A stretch of DNA of 32,000 nucleotides from Candidatus Heimdallarchaeota archaeon (GCA_030668875.1 DAOVER010000009.1:1-32000), one strand, 5' to 3'; positions 8,464 to 17,733 are shown, counted from the first letter of the stretch. A program made the numbers and translations. Notes: generated from the sequence alone by a model not told the origin.

Positions 8464-9291
8464 ATGCAAGTAAAAACAACACACAGAAATAAAGTGAAAA
8501 ATGATGCAAATCAAGAGAAGGAGTATGATATTCCCTCTGATGTCACAGCAAGAGTATCCGACTTTAATTTCTATTATGGGGACCTTAGAGCTGTTAAAGA
8601 CGTAAGTCTTGATATTAAGAAGAACAAAATTACTGCTTTGATTGGCCCATCTGGATGTGGAAAAAGCACATTCTTACGATCTTTTAATAGAATGAATGAT
8701 GAAATCCCTGGTTTCAAATACGAGGGGGAAATAATTATTGATAATAGAAATATTCTAGATAAGAAAACAGATTTGATCAAATTAAGATCAAAGATTGGCA
8801 TGGTTTTTCAGAAACCTACTCCTTTTCCTCAAACGATTCGCAAGAATATTGCTTATGGATCAAAAATACGTGGAATAAGAAACAAACAACAACTGAACAA
8901 AATAGTTGAATTTTCCTTAAAGAGAGCTGGTTTATGGGGGGAAGTCAATGATAGACTTGATGATCTTGCAACTCAACTATCTGGTGGTCAACAACAAAGG
9001 ATATGCATTGCTAGAACACTTTCTGTTTGGCCAGAGATGATTCTATTTGATGAACCATGTGCTTCTTTAGACCCGATATCAACAAATGTAATTGAAGATT
9101 TATTGGTAGATTTAGCAAAAGATTACACTGTTGTTATAGCTACACACTCAATGCATCAAGCAGCGAGAATTAGTAATATGACTGCTTTCATGTATATGGG
9201 AGAGTTAATTGAATACGATAATACGAAAAAGATTTTTGAAAAACCAGCACAAAAGCTGACAGAAGATTATATAACAGGAAGATTTGGGTGA
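8464..9291 (+). CDS. pstB: Phosphate ABC transporter ATP-binding protein
   Basis: GPSGCGKS Walker A, MVFQKPTPF, LSGGQQQR signature, DEP Walker B and a C-terminal YITGRFG. GAGG SD. Confidence 0.97.
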   Translation: MQVKTTHRNKVKNDANQEKEYDIPSDVTARVSDFNFYYGDLRAVKDVSLDIKKNKITALIGPSGCGKSTFLRSFNRMNDEIPGFKYEGEIIIDNRNILDKKTDLIKLRSKIGMVFQKPTPFPQTIRKNIAYGSKIRGIRNKQQLNKIVEFSLKRAGLWGEVNDRLDDLATQLSGGQQQRICIARTLSVWPEMILFDEPCASLDPISTNVIEDLLVDLAKDYTVVIATHSMHQAARISNMTAFMYMGELIEYDNTKKIFEKPAQKLTEDYITGRFG

Positions 9292-9295
9292 TTAG

Positions 9296-9952
9296 ATGAG
9301 AAAACAATACACAAAACAATTAGAAGAATTAAAAGAAGAAGTACTGCAACTGCACAATCTTGTAAGTAGTAATGTTGAGCTTGTCACTTTTTCTATAAAT
9401 AAGGAAGATGATATCGAGGGAGAAATTATAGAAAGTTCCTTGATCGATAAAGACGTAAGAAAGAAATCTGCAAAAATAGAAGCGCTTTGTGTAGAGCTAC
9501 TGTCTCTTCAGCAACCTTTAGCAAAAGATCTTAGATTTATAGTTACCGTCCTAAAAATAGTAACAGATTTTGAAAGGATATCAAGAAACTTGCTTCATAC
9601 ACTTGAGGACTTTGCACATATCAAACCCATCAATAATGAACAATATAAGAGGGTGCTAGTACAAATTATGGGCGTAATAGATTTCATGCTACAGGAGATT
9701 TACACATCAATTTATACTAATACCCCTTCAACAGCATCTGTTCTATCAGAAAGCGATAGTATTATTGATTCCCGGTATGAAGAGTTAACAGTCAAGCTCT
9801 ACGAAGACCTGAAAGAAAAAGAAGTTACAATGAAACAAGCCTTTGCTTACCTAAGTATTGCACGCTATCTAGAGAGAGTGGGAGATCACATCTGCAATAT
9901 TGGAGAAAAATGGTTCTATAAAGAAAGTGGAGAAAAAACCAGTATCAAGTAG
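9296..9952 (+). CDS. phoU: Phosphate signalling complex protein PhoU
   Basis: QQPLAKDLR, KIVTDFERI and YLERVGDHICNIGE motifs. It follows pstB with a GGTGA SD. Confidence 0.93.
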   Translation: MRKQYTKQLEELKEEVLQLHNLVSSNVELVTFSINKEDDIEGEIIESSLIDKDVRKKSAKIEALCVELLSLQQPLAKDLRFIVTVLKIVTDFERISRNLLHTLEDFAHIKPINNEQYKRVLVQIMGVIDFMLQEIYTSIYTNTPSTASVLSESDSIIDSRYEELTVKLYEDLKEKEVTMKQAFAYLSIARYLERVGDHICNIGEKWFYKESGEKTSIK

Positions 9953-9987
9953 ATGTGCGATCAAATTTATCTACAGAAGGAACTACA

Positions 9988-11001
9988 TCATGCTCTATTT
10001 ATGGCTACTTCTGCTATATCTGCAGCGTAGGAAGATATTCTTTCAAAACTACGGAGCATAAGAATAACACGAACAGCAAGTTCTGTATCTAAACTAAGGA
10101 TATATCTGTAAGTAGATTGAACTTCTTTGTGGTAGTTTACTTTCTCCTCTGCTATTTCGTTCGCTTCCTCTATCTTGTTATTGAAGAAACAATTCATTGC
10201 TTGATTGTAGCGCTTTCTTACCTTAGCACTTAAATTGGAAATAAATTTAGTGGCTTTTTCATCTGTTATCTTCTCTGTTAACTCAAGAGTCATCTGAGCT
10301 ATTCCATAAGCATGATCCGCTATAGCTTCTAGTCTTTTAATTATCAAGTTGTAATCTAATACTTCAACCATTTGTAATCCAAGGAATGAACAATATGAGA
10401 AGTCAGATAAAACAGCATTTAATTGTCTAGAGACAAGATAATAGAGCCTATCTACTGAAGGCTCTTGCATTTTGATTAATTCAGCATTTTCTTTATTATA
10501 ACTCAAAAATGCTTCAATTGAGGATGAAAACATCTTATCGGCTAATACATGAGTACGACGAATAAGTTGATTCAAATCGAGAGATTGCAAAGATGAAAGA
10601 TCTTTAAGAGTCAACCAGTGATCAGATTCATCGATAATCTCAACACCCATTAAGTTTGCAACAAGTTGCCCTACTTGCGATCTGACTTCTAAATCTATTC
10701 CTCGATTATCATATATTTTGATAACTCTATATCCAGAAAGATATCTGCTTAAAACAAGTCTCATTACTAGATTAGTATCAACTGTTTTGGATATGTCAAT
10801 CTCTATTTCTTTACCCTGTTTAGAATCAATATTGCTCATAGGTTTTATCAATAAATTACCATCTGGTTGTGGAAATATTTCCAGAACATCTCCCTTGTCT
10901 AACTCCGATTTCTTCACCCATTCTGCAGGTAATGCCAAAATGTGAGTGCTACCACCTGTTTTCTGAATTTTGCGAGTATAAGTATTGTTTCTTGGCATCA
11001 T
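9988..11001 (-). CDS. Archaeal phosphate uptake regulator (AbrB/SpoVT DNA-binding domain + PhoU domains)
   Basis: N-terminal RKIQKTGGSTHILALPAEWV (AbrB fold), then EPSVDRLYYL, RLEAIADHA and FERISSYAADIAE PhoU motifs. Confidence 0.92.
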   Translation of the reverse strand: MMPRNNTYTRKIQKTGGSTHILALPAEWVKKSELDKGDVLEIFPQPDGNLLIKPMSNIDSKQGKEIEIDISKTVDTNLVMRLVLSRYLSGYRVIKIYDNRGIDLEVRSQVGQLVANLMGVEIIDESDHWLTLKDLSSLQSLDLNQLIRRTHVLADKMFSSSIEAFLSYNKENAELIKMQEPSVDRLYYLVSRQLNAVLSDFSYCSFLGLQMVEVLDYNLIIKRLEAIADHAYGIAQMTLELTEKITDEKATKFISNLSAKVRKRYNQAMNCFFNNKIEEANEIAEEKVNYHKEVQSTYRYILSLDTELAVRVILMLRSFERISSYAADIAEVAINRA

Positions 11002-11235
11002 GCGTAAACCAAATAAAAATATATAGTTAATAATAGTTTTTGTCCAATCACTATATATTACTCAATATTTATAGTTTTACAGAATGGTTGTCCATTCCAG
11101 TTTTTTGTATGAAAACAAAGCGAATTGCGACATACCCAAAGAAACTCAAGAAAAGATACACCAATAGTTTTTGATAAAACGCATAAGGAAGGAATGCTGT
11201 GAATACTTTATAAAGAGAAAAAAAAGAAAGAAAGT

Positions 11236-12447
11236 TTACATTTTTGGAGTTTTAAATTTTCTTAGTGCAATAGGAATCAATGCAAATGTAGAAATGATGA
11301 GTATTAGTAGAATTGATTTTTGTAGAGGGCTAAATTCTGCAATAGTGGGGACACCATATCTGTTATAAGTTTCAATCACCGCTGCTGAAGCATTAATCAA
11401 CCCATAACCAAAGTAGATGTCAATACTAGGAGCTCCAAGATCTATAGCCGTATTCTGGAGAATTGTCCGAATCTCATTAACAGTCATAGTTTTGTTAATT
11501 GATTTCATTAAAGCAATTACTCCTGCAACTTGAGGTGCAGCGAATGATGTTCCAACAGCATTTCCATAAGGAAGATAAGGTGGTGGAAATGTACTATTTA
11601 TCGTTTGACTAGGGACAAAACTCTCCCCATCCCCAACAGGAGCCATTAATTCTGTCCAAGGGAGACCATAATTACTATAATCAGCTTTCTGGTAAAAATA
11701 GTTAGTCGCTCCTACAGCAATTACTTCACTAAATGCTCCTGGATATGAAGGAATTTCAAGTCCTCCAGCCCAAGTATTTCCTGTAACTGAAACAACGGTG
11801 ACATTTTGTGATATAGCATACAAAATATCGTCATGGTACAGACTGCTATTAGCATAATATTGAAGGCTTAAGTTGAACACATCAGCACCATTATCAACAG
11901 CATACTTAATTGCATCTCCCAACTCCTCATCAGTTGTTCCTTGATAATTAGTCTGATCTAAGACGCGTAAATCCATAATGGTAACATTAGGCGCTACACC
12001 AACTATTCCATAATCATTTAGTGGAGCACTTATGATCCCTGTTATGTAGGTTGCATGCCAGTGTATTGGATCAACCGCTTGAGGACCCGGTTCGCTATCA
12101 TTTGATACAAAATCCCAATCATGATCATCATCAATGTAACCATTCAAATCATTGTCAATACCATCCGCAGGTAATTCATCAGTGTTTTTCCATTGCTGAA
12201 ATAATTCTGAGTGTGAAAAATCAATGCCTGAATCAATCACAGCTATTGTAATATTGCTTGAACCAAAAGTTATATTTCAAGCACCAGTAATATTAATCTG
12301 ATTAAGGTGCCAACCAATATCAGTGTATGCTGTAAAATTATGTAAAACAGTGTTTTTGTTAGAATTAGAATTACTCATCGTATAAAAGGTAGGTATGAAA
12401 AGCGAAGAAAATATCAGTATAACCAATAAAACATTTTTAATTTTCAT
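11236..12447 (-). pseudogene. Secreted, C-terminally anchored S8 (subtilisin) serine protease interrupted by an in-frame TGA at 12279-12277
   Basis: From ATG 12447 the frame reads MKIKNVLLVILIFSSLFIPTFY...GWHLNQINITGA*NITFGSSNITIAVIDSG, in frame with the track ORF. The stop sits at the conserved 'AW' Trp. Triad D (IDSG), H (HATY) and S (GTSFAAP) is present, plus the DGIDNDxNGYIDD insert. Confidence 0.85.
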
Positions 12448-12608
12448 ACTACTTAGACAATATGAACCTCTTTTAAATCTCTATTGTTCTAACAAATTTA
12501 TTTTTATTTCAACTGTATTGAATAATCTACAATGATAGATAAACTCCATCAGGTAGGATTAAATCATTTGCAAACACATATATTCTTGAATGTTTATTTT
12601 TATATGAA

Positions 12609-13136
12609 ATGAGAGCTTTATACCTTGGTAGATTTAATCCACCTCACAAGGGTCACATTTATGCTTTAGAGTATATTCTTGAACAAACCGATATTGATGA
12701 GATTATCATCCTCATAGGTAGCGGTGAGAAAGCCTATTCTATTAAGAATCCGTTCACTGGAGGAGAAAGGCTAGAAATGGTAACCAGTATTGTAAGAGAA
12801 CACTTCAATATCAACCAGTTTTACATTACAACCATTCCAGACATTAACAGAAACACTATTTGGGCTGCTAATGTTGCCGATCTTGTACCTTCCTTTGAAG
12901 TAGTTTTTACAAATAATCCTTTAGTTCAACAATTATTTACTAATTTAGGTAAAAAAGAAGCAAGAGAGATTCCTCTAAATAATCGAGAAGTATTCAGTGG
13001 AAAAATCATTCGTGAGAAGATGATTAAAGGTGAGGCGTGGGAACAGCTGGTACCTGAAGTAATACTGCCTTTGATTGAACAATATAAAGGAATTGAACGT
13101 ATAAAATCTTTAAGCAAAACAGATGAAGTTGCTTAA
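12609..13136 (+). CDS. nadM: Nicotinamide-nucleotide adenylyltransferase (archaeal NMNAT)
   Basis: GRFNPPHKGH (HxGH), IGS, NPFTGGER, NNPLV and SGKIIR motifs. Confidence 0.93.
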   Translation: MRALYLGRFNPPHKGHIYALEYILEQTDIDEIIILIGSGEKAYSIKNPFTGGERLEMVTSIVREHFNINQFYITTIPDINRNTIWAANVADLVPSFEVVFTNNPLVQQLFTNLGKKEAREIPLNNREVFSGKIIREKMIKGEAWEQLVPEVILPLIEQYKGIERIKSLSKTDEVA

Positions 13137-13186
13137 GAAAAGAAAAGTAAAAGGAAACTCATAAAATTAACTAATTGAAGTTAACT

Positions 13187-14683
13187 CTATACTTTCCAAT
13201 TTCTCAATACATCAACTATTAACCTTACACCAGATCCTTTGCTTCCCTTTGGAGTGTAGTCCTTGTCACTGTTTTGCTCCATTGTTCCTGCAATATCAAG
13301 ATGTGCCCAAGGAACATCTAAGGTAAACTTACTTAGGAATCTAGCAGCAGTTATAGATCCAGCTGGTCTTCCACCAGTGTGTTTCATATCAGCAACATCA
13401 CTCTTCAACTGCTGATCATAAACTTCCCAAAGAGGCATTCTCCAGATTCCTTCGCCACTGGTTTTTGATGCATTTTCTAATTTATCAACTACAAAGTCAT
13501 GATTGGAGAAATAGCCTATTGCATGCTCTCCTAATGCTATCATCATTGCTCCAGTGAGAGTTGCAAAATCAAACATAGCTTTTGGCTGATAATGTTTTGC
13601 AGCATAAGTCAAGGCATCTGCAAGTACCATTCTTCCTTCAGCATCAGTATTTATCACTTCTATAGTTTGACCACTATAACTGGTAATGACATCTCCTGGA
13701 TGGTAAGCTTTACCGGAGGGCATATTGTCAGTTGCAGCAACGATAGCAATAACATGCAAATTCAAACCTAGTTTTGCTACTGCATTCATTGCTCCAATAA
13801 CCACCGCTCCACCAGTCATATCTGCTTTCATTTTTTCCATGTTCAGACCAGGTTTAATGCTTATTCCACCACTATCAAAGGTAATAGCTTTACCAATCAA
13901 TGCTACTGTTTCCACTCCTTGTTTTTCTGCACCATAATCCATAATTATGAATTTAGGTGGTTCGTCAGTTCCTCTTGCAACGGCTAGATAACTACCTAAA
14001 CCAATTTCCTCAGCTTCCTTCCTATCTATTATTGTAGTTTTAACACCATATTCTTCAAGTTTTTTAGCTTCTTCTGCAAGTCTAGTAGGAGTGATAAAGT
14101 TAGCTGGTCCCCAAGCAAGTTTTCGGCATAAGTTAACTGCATCACTGATGGTTTGACCACTTTTTGCTCCAGATTTCATTTCATCTACTGAATAATCAGG
14201 ACTGAAAAGGATTAACTCTTCTATGAACTTGTATTTTTCTAGTTCCTTTGTTCGATATTCAATATCTTGGAAACTTCCCAAAGCAATACCTTGTACAAGT
14301 GTTTCAGATAGTTCAGAAACGGTAAAATCACCACGGTTGAAGATATTTACACAAATCCCCACTTTCTTTACGTCGAGAGCTCTAGCTTTTCTAGAAGCAT
14401 TTCCTAAAACTTTTCTTATGCTTTCGAGGGTTATTTTCTCTGCTTTCCCAAGTCCAACTAGTAATATTCTCTTTGGACCGATTTCTCCTTTCGAGTAAAC
14501 AACTGTGAGATCTCCCTTTTTACCTTTGAAGTCACCAAGCTCTACAGTTTCTTGAATAATTTTCCAAAGTTTACCTTGTTCATCGTAAACAATTGGATCT
14601 TCCTTTGGATTCTCTAGAACACCTACAATCGCTAGAGGGACATCAAAGTCGCTCAAATATTTGTTTAATGTAGAAATTTTCAT
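13187..14683 (-). CDS. pepA: Leucyl aminopeptidase (M17)
   Basis: GKAITFDSGG, MKADMTG, NTDAEGR, ATLTGA and WAHLDIAG motifs. ATG 14683 (MKIST) is preferred over the track start at 14743. Confidence 0.96.
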   Translation of the reverse strand: MKISTLNKYLSDFDVPLAIVGVLENPKEDPIVYDEQGKLWKIIQETVELGDFKGKKGDLTVVYSKGEIGPKRILLVGLGKAEKITLESIRKVLGNASRKARALDVKKVGICVNIFNRGDFTVSELSETLVQGIALGSFQDIEYRTKELEKYKFIEELILFSPDYSVDEMKSGAKSGQTISDAVNLCRKLAWGPANFITPTRLAEEAKKLEEYGVKTTIIDRKEAEEIGLGSYLAVARGTDEPPKFIIMDYGAEKQGVETVALIGKAITFDSGGISIKPGLNMEKMKADMTGGAVVIGAMNAVAKLGLNLHVIAIVAATDNMPSGKAYHPGDVITSYSGQTIEVINTDAEGRMVLADALTYAAKHYQPKAMFDFATLTGAMMIALGEHAIGYFSNHDFVVDKLENASKTSGEGIWRMPLWEVYDQQLKSDVADMKHTGGRPAGSITAARFLSKFTLDVPWAHLDIAGTMEQNSDKDYTPKGSKGSGVRLIVDVLRNWKV

Positions 14684-14823
14684 AATAATCACAATTACTA
14701 AACAAAATAATCTAAAGGGATAAAAAAATTTTTCCTTTGTCAATTACACAATAATTGGCAGAAGTCAAATTTATTAAGTGGGTTATGGTTGCTTTGTTGT
14801 TAGTTAATATTCTAGTGAACAAA

Positions 14824-15123
14824 ATGGATTGGTCTATAATACTTTGGGGAACAATCGCTTCTCTTGCAACTGGATTAGCTACAGGATTAGGTGCACTTCA
14901 AGTGTTTTTCCTTAAAGACATCTCAGAAAAAGCTTTAGATATCCTTCTAGGTTTTGCAGCAGGAGTGATGATCTTTGTTGTTGCTGACGAAATAATACCT
15001 GAAACCCACCGAACTGATAAAGGCTATTCCAGAATGGCAACATATGGTTTGGTAGCAGGTTTTGTTTTTACGATGTTTCTTGACAATTTCATAGAACCAT
15101 TTTTAATAATATTATTTCAGTAA
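14824..15123 (+). pseudogene. ZIP (ZupT/GufA) metal transporter lacking its central region (TM1-TM2/TM7-TM8 only)
   Basis: 99 aa from ATG 14824. The N-terminal ZIP motifs ATGLGALxVFF and LLGFAAGVM run directly into the C-terminal motifs IFVVADEIIPETH and ATYGLVAGF..M.LDN. No HNxPEG metal-site motif. Whether it is a pseudogene or a functional half-protein is undetermined. Confidence 0.75.
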
Positions 15124-15144
15124 CCAATAGATCATCAGATTTAC

Positions 15145-15465
15145 TTAAAACTCAATATCTTCTAAAATATCTTTAAACTGAGTTAAATACAAAGCAAAAC
15201 TCTCTTTTCCTTTTACAGTTATGTGGATGATACTCGTTGGACGTGTCGAGAAAAGCATTTTATTAGTGGTGATATATCCATTTTCTGAAAGCTTACTAAG
15301 ATGATGAGAAAGGTTTCCTGATGTTAAATTCAGTAATTTTTGCAACTTTGTAAAATCAATCTTCTTATGAACAAAAAGTATTAACATGATATTAAAACGA
15401 ACAGAAAAAGAAAAGATCTCATGTAATGGAGGAAGTTTTACCTCTTTCGTATCGTTGTTAGCCAT
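15145..15465 (-). CDS. Winged-helix transcriptional regulator (ArsR/MarR-like, HTH_34 type)
   Basis: VRFNIMLIL, FTKLQKLLNLTSGNLSHHLSKL...GYI and ITVKGKESF motifs. ATG 15465. Confidence 0.88.
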   Translation of the reverse strand: MANNDTKEVKLPPLHEIFSFSVRFNIMLILFVHKKIDFTKLQKLLNLTSGNLSHHLSKLSENGYITTNKMLFSTRPTSIIHITVKGKESFALYLTQFKDILEDIEF

Positions 15466-15490
15466 TAATATCAATTAAACTCAAGTTAGA

Positions 15491-16219
15491 TTACTTATTT
15501 AAAGTCTTATAAGCTCTCCTTACGGAATAAATTCCACATAATACTGAAATAAAACTAGGAACAACAAGAAAAATACTATTACCGAAAACTTCTGTTTTAA
15601 AAACAAATGCATCAAATATGTACGACAAGAAATCAAAAATAAAAAAGAAAATAGTGCAATAAAGCAGTTCTTTGAATTTACATTCTTTTATGCTATAACG
15701 TAGAAGAAAATAACTTATTAAGAAAGCAATATTATCTCCCCAGTAAACATGCGTATAATTAGGAGATAATACTGATTCAAAAGGGATGGGAAAACCAAAC
15801 AATATAAATGGGAAACTAGTGTATGATCCATCAGCTGAACGACTGTAGGACACCAAATATTTCGTAATCATGAAATTAATAGAAAAAAAGTAGAATATTA
15901 GAAGTAAAGCAATCCCTAAAACTGCATAATATGTAGATCTAATTTCACTGTTTTTTATCTTAAATTTCTTTGTTCGTATTAAATTATAGCAAAAAATACC
16001 AGTGATAATGACTATTAATAATAAATAAGATATTAGATAAATTAGCTCTGTATTACTCGATAGAAGAGTGGTTGTTTCAAATAATATAACGAATAGAATA
16101 TTGATAGAAGGTATACTAATTAAAGCAATTCCCCACAATTTCTGAACACGAAAGTTTTCATACCTTTTGACAGTTGAGATAGCTTCAATCAATTTTTCTT
16201 TATCAGATGAATCATTCAT
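15491..16219 (-). CDS. Hypothetical multi-pass membrane protein (probably co-transcribed with the HTH regulator)
   Basis: About 6-7 hydrophobic segments and a 16-nt gap to the regulator. Confidence 0.75.
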   Translation of the reverse strand: MNDSSDKEKLIEAISTVKRYENFRVQKLWGIALISIPSINILFVILFETTTLLSSNTELIYLISYLLLIVIITGIFCYNLIRTKKFKIKNSEIRSTYYAVLGIALLLIFYFFSINFMITKYLVSYSRSADGSYTSFPFILFGFPIPFESVLSPNYTHVYWGDNIAFLISYFLLRYSIKECKFKELLYCTIFFFIFDFLSYIFDAFVFKTEVFGNSIFLVVPSFISVLCGIYSVRRAYKTLNK

Positions 16220-16348
16220 GATTATCTTCTAAAAAGGATAATCTAACAGATATATAAAAACAGATTATACTTTGTTTAACAAAATTAAATCAACATGAAA
16301 GTAAAGATTAGATATTTTAACCTCCATTTCTTTTTTTTTATGCGATTT

Positions 16349-16801
16349 TTACCTTTCTCTTAAGAGATTATTACAATATTCAAGTGCCTTCTTGTTTTCT
16401 CCCCACTTTAAAAGTTCTAACGCTTCTTCATAAGAACACCATTTCCACTCAACATGTTCAACTGGATCCATAGTTGGATCATCTTCTTGATCAATTCTAG
16501 CTAGAAAAACATATTCTGTTAATTCTGTAATGTCAGGTGGGTAGTGATCCTTCATTTCTTCTGTAATCTCGATGGTGTATGAATGTTCAGTCTGAAAAAT
16601 GAATTTTGGGATAAAACTTGTTTCTTCAAGCAATTCACGTTTTGCACTATCAATTATTTTCTCACTTCTTTTTGTATGTCCAGTGACACCTTGCCAGAAC
16701 CCTCCACGAACTTCTGTTCTTTTTAACAAGAGAAATTCTATCTTCTCTTCTGATTGCTTGAAGGGATAAACAAGGACTTGAATTGGCGTTCTATAATTCA
16801 T
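16349..16801 (-). CDS. Nudix hydrolase, NudB (dATP/dihydroneopterin triphosphate pyrophosphatase)-like
   Basis: LLLKR, FWQGVTG, the Nudix box GHTKRSEKIIDSAKRELLEET and EHVEWKW. ATG 16801. Confidence 0.88.
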   Translation of the reverse strand: MNYRTPIQVLVYPFKQSEEKIEFLLLKRTEVRGGFWQGVTGHTKRSEKIIDSAKRELLEETSFIPKFIFQTEHSYTIEITEEMKDHYPPDITELTEYVFLARIDQEDDPTMDPVEHVEWKWCSYEEALELLKWGENKKALEYCNNLLRER

Positions 16802-16840
16802 ATTAATCACATTCAGTTTTGACTAAATAAAGCCATATCT

Positions 16841-17704
16841 TTAGAGCTCTTCTTTTCTCTTTTCGATATAACGATAAACTGCTCCCCACATATAATTATC
16901 TTCTCTTTCCTTAACCTCAAAATTATTAGTGTGCATCCATTTTTGCAAAGCTTCTTTAGTGTAAGTATCAAATTTATCGTCAATGTCCTTCTCATAGAAA
17001 CCGTCTGCTTTGAGAACTTCCTTTATTGCTTTCATAACATCTCCTTCCATTTTTACCTTATCTTCTGGTTCATCTCGTTTAAGCAGTGATAGATTGTAAA
17101 GTTCAAAGACTCTTCTAAGTTCCTTGATGGGGTGTTCGTGTTCATCAACTCTTACATCGACGTATCTGTCAGTTCCACCATCATAAGCTCCTTCCTCCTT
17201 CATTATAAGTATAGCAGCTGATTGTTTACCTCTACTATCTCCACCAGCTTCTTGACCTTCTTCTAGAACAGTAAGCAGTTTGATAGCGAGATCACCTTTT
17301 GTTTCACGGTAAGCTTGTGACATTGCCAATACTGTGTCCTCTGAAACTAAGATATTTCCTTGACAAGAATAATTTTCTCCCACAATATGTCCCGCCCAAT
17401 CAAAACATCTTGATCCAGTAAATGATGCAGCATTACCATAAGAATCAACTATGCCCACTTGTCGATCTTCTCTCTTTTCATCTTTCTTAGTCAGTATGGA
17501 AATTACTTCTTCTGCAGTCAATCCTTGCTCCAGCAAAGCAAGACCTTTTGGACCATAACTTGTGTTGGCCCAAGCTTGAGTTGCGATAGCACCAACACCA
17601 GACTTCGCCCAAGGTACAATACTACCAACAGCAATGAATTTTGATTGAACTGCTACTCCCCATTCCTTTCTTTCAGGGTCATAAGCTACTATTGAAAATG
17701 TCAT
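16841..17704 (-). CDS. DUF1028 (Ntn-hydrolase fold) protein with C-terminal PG-binding-like helical domain
   Basis: N-terminal MTFSIVAYD with nucleophilic Thr2, GVGAIATQA, RQVGIVD, QGNIL, GGDSRGKQSAA and VDLRVD-like motifs. The C-terminus has LKADGFY...FD..TKEALQKWM..NNFE. Confidence 0.9.
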   Translation of the reverse strand: MTFSIVAYDPERKEWGVAVQSKFIAVGSIVPWAKSGVGAIATQAWANTSYGPKGLALLEQGLTAEEVISILTKKDEKREDRQVGIVDSYGNAASFTGSRCFDWAGHIVGENYSCQGNILVSEDTVLAMSQAYRETKGDLAIKLLTVLEEGQEAGGDSRGKQSAAILIMKEEGAYDGGTDRYVDVRVDEHEHPIKELRRVFELYNLSLLKRDEPEDKVKMEGDVMKAIKEVLKADGFYEKDIDDKFDTYTKEALQKWMHTNNFEVKEREDNYMWGAVYRYIEKRKEEL

Positions 17705-17705
17705 T

Positions 17706-17733
17706 TTATTCAGCTAACAGATGTACTGAATAA
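17706..17733. promoter_or_regulatory. Inverted repeat TTATTCAG-N12-CTGAATAA immediately upstream of the DUF1028 start
   Basis: 8-bp perfect arms seen directly. Function unknown. Confidence 0.3.

Noticed and set aside
11002-11235. Possible small hydrophobic or Cys-containing peptides on the minus strand between the S8 and the PhoU regulator
   Set aside because: No ATG with an SD, 31-36 codons only, and hydrophobicity is expected from T-rich DNA.
12277-12279. Selenocysteine or genome-wide UGA=Trp recoding to explain the S8 TGA
   Set aside because: The position is a structural Trp, not a redox Cys. Other genes end at TGA at their expected C-termini (pstB, phosphatase) and use TGG for Trp.
14684-14823. 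Track extensions of pepA (to 14743) and of the ZIP remnant (from TTG 14755)
   Set aside because: These leave almost no room for divergent promoters. Homology begins at the downstream ATGs (14683 and 14824).
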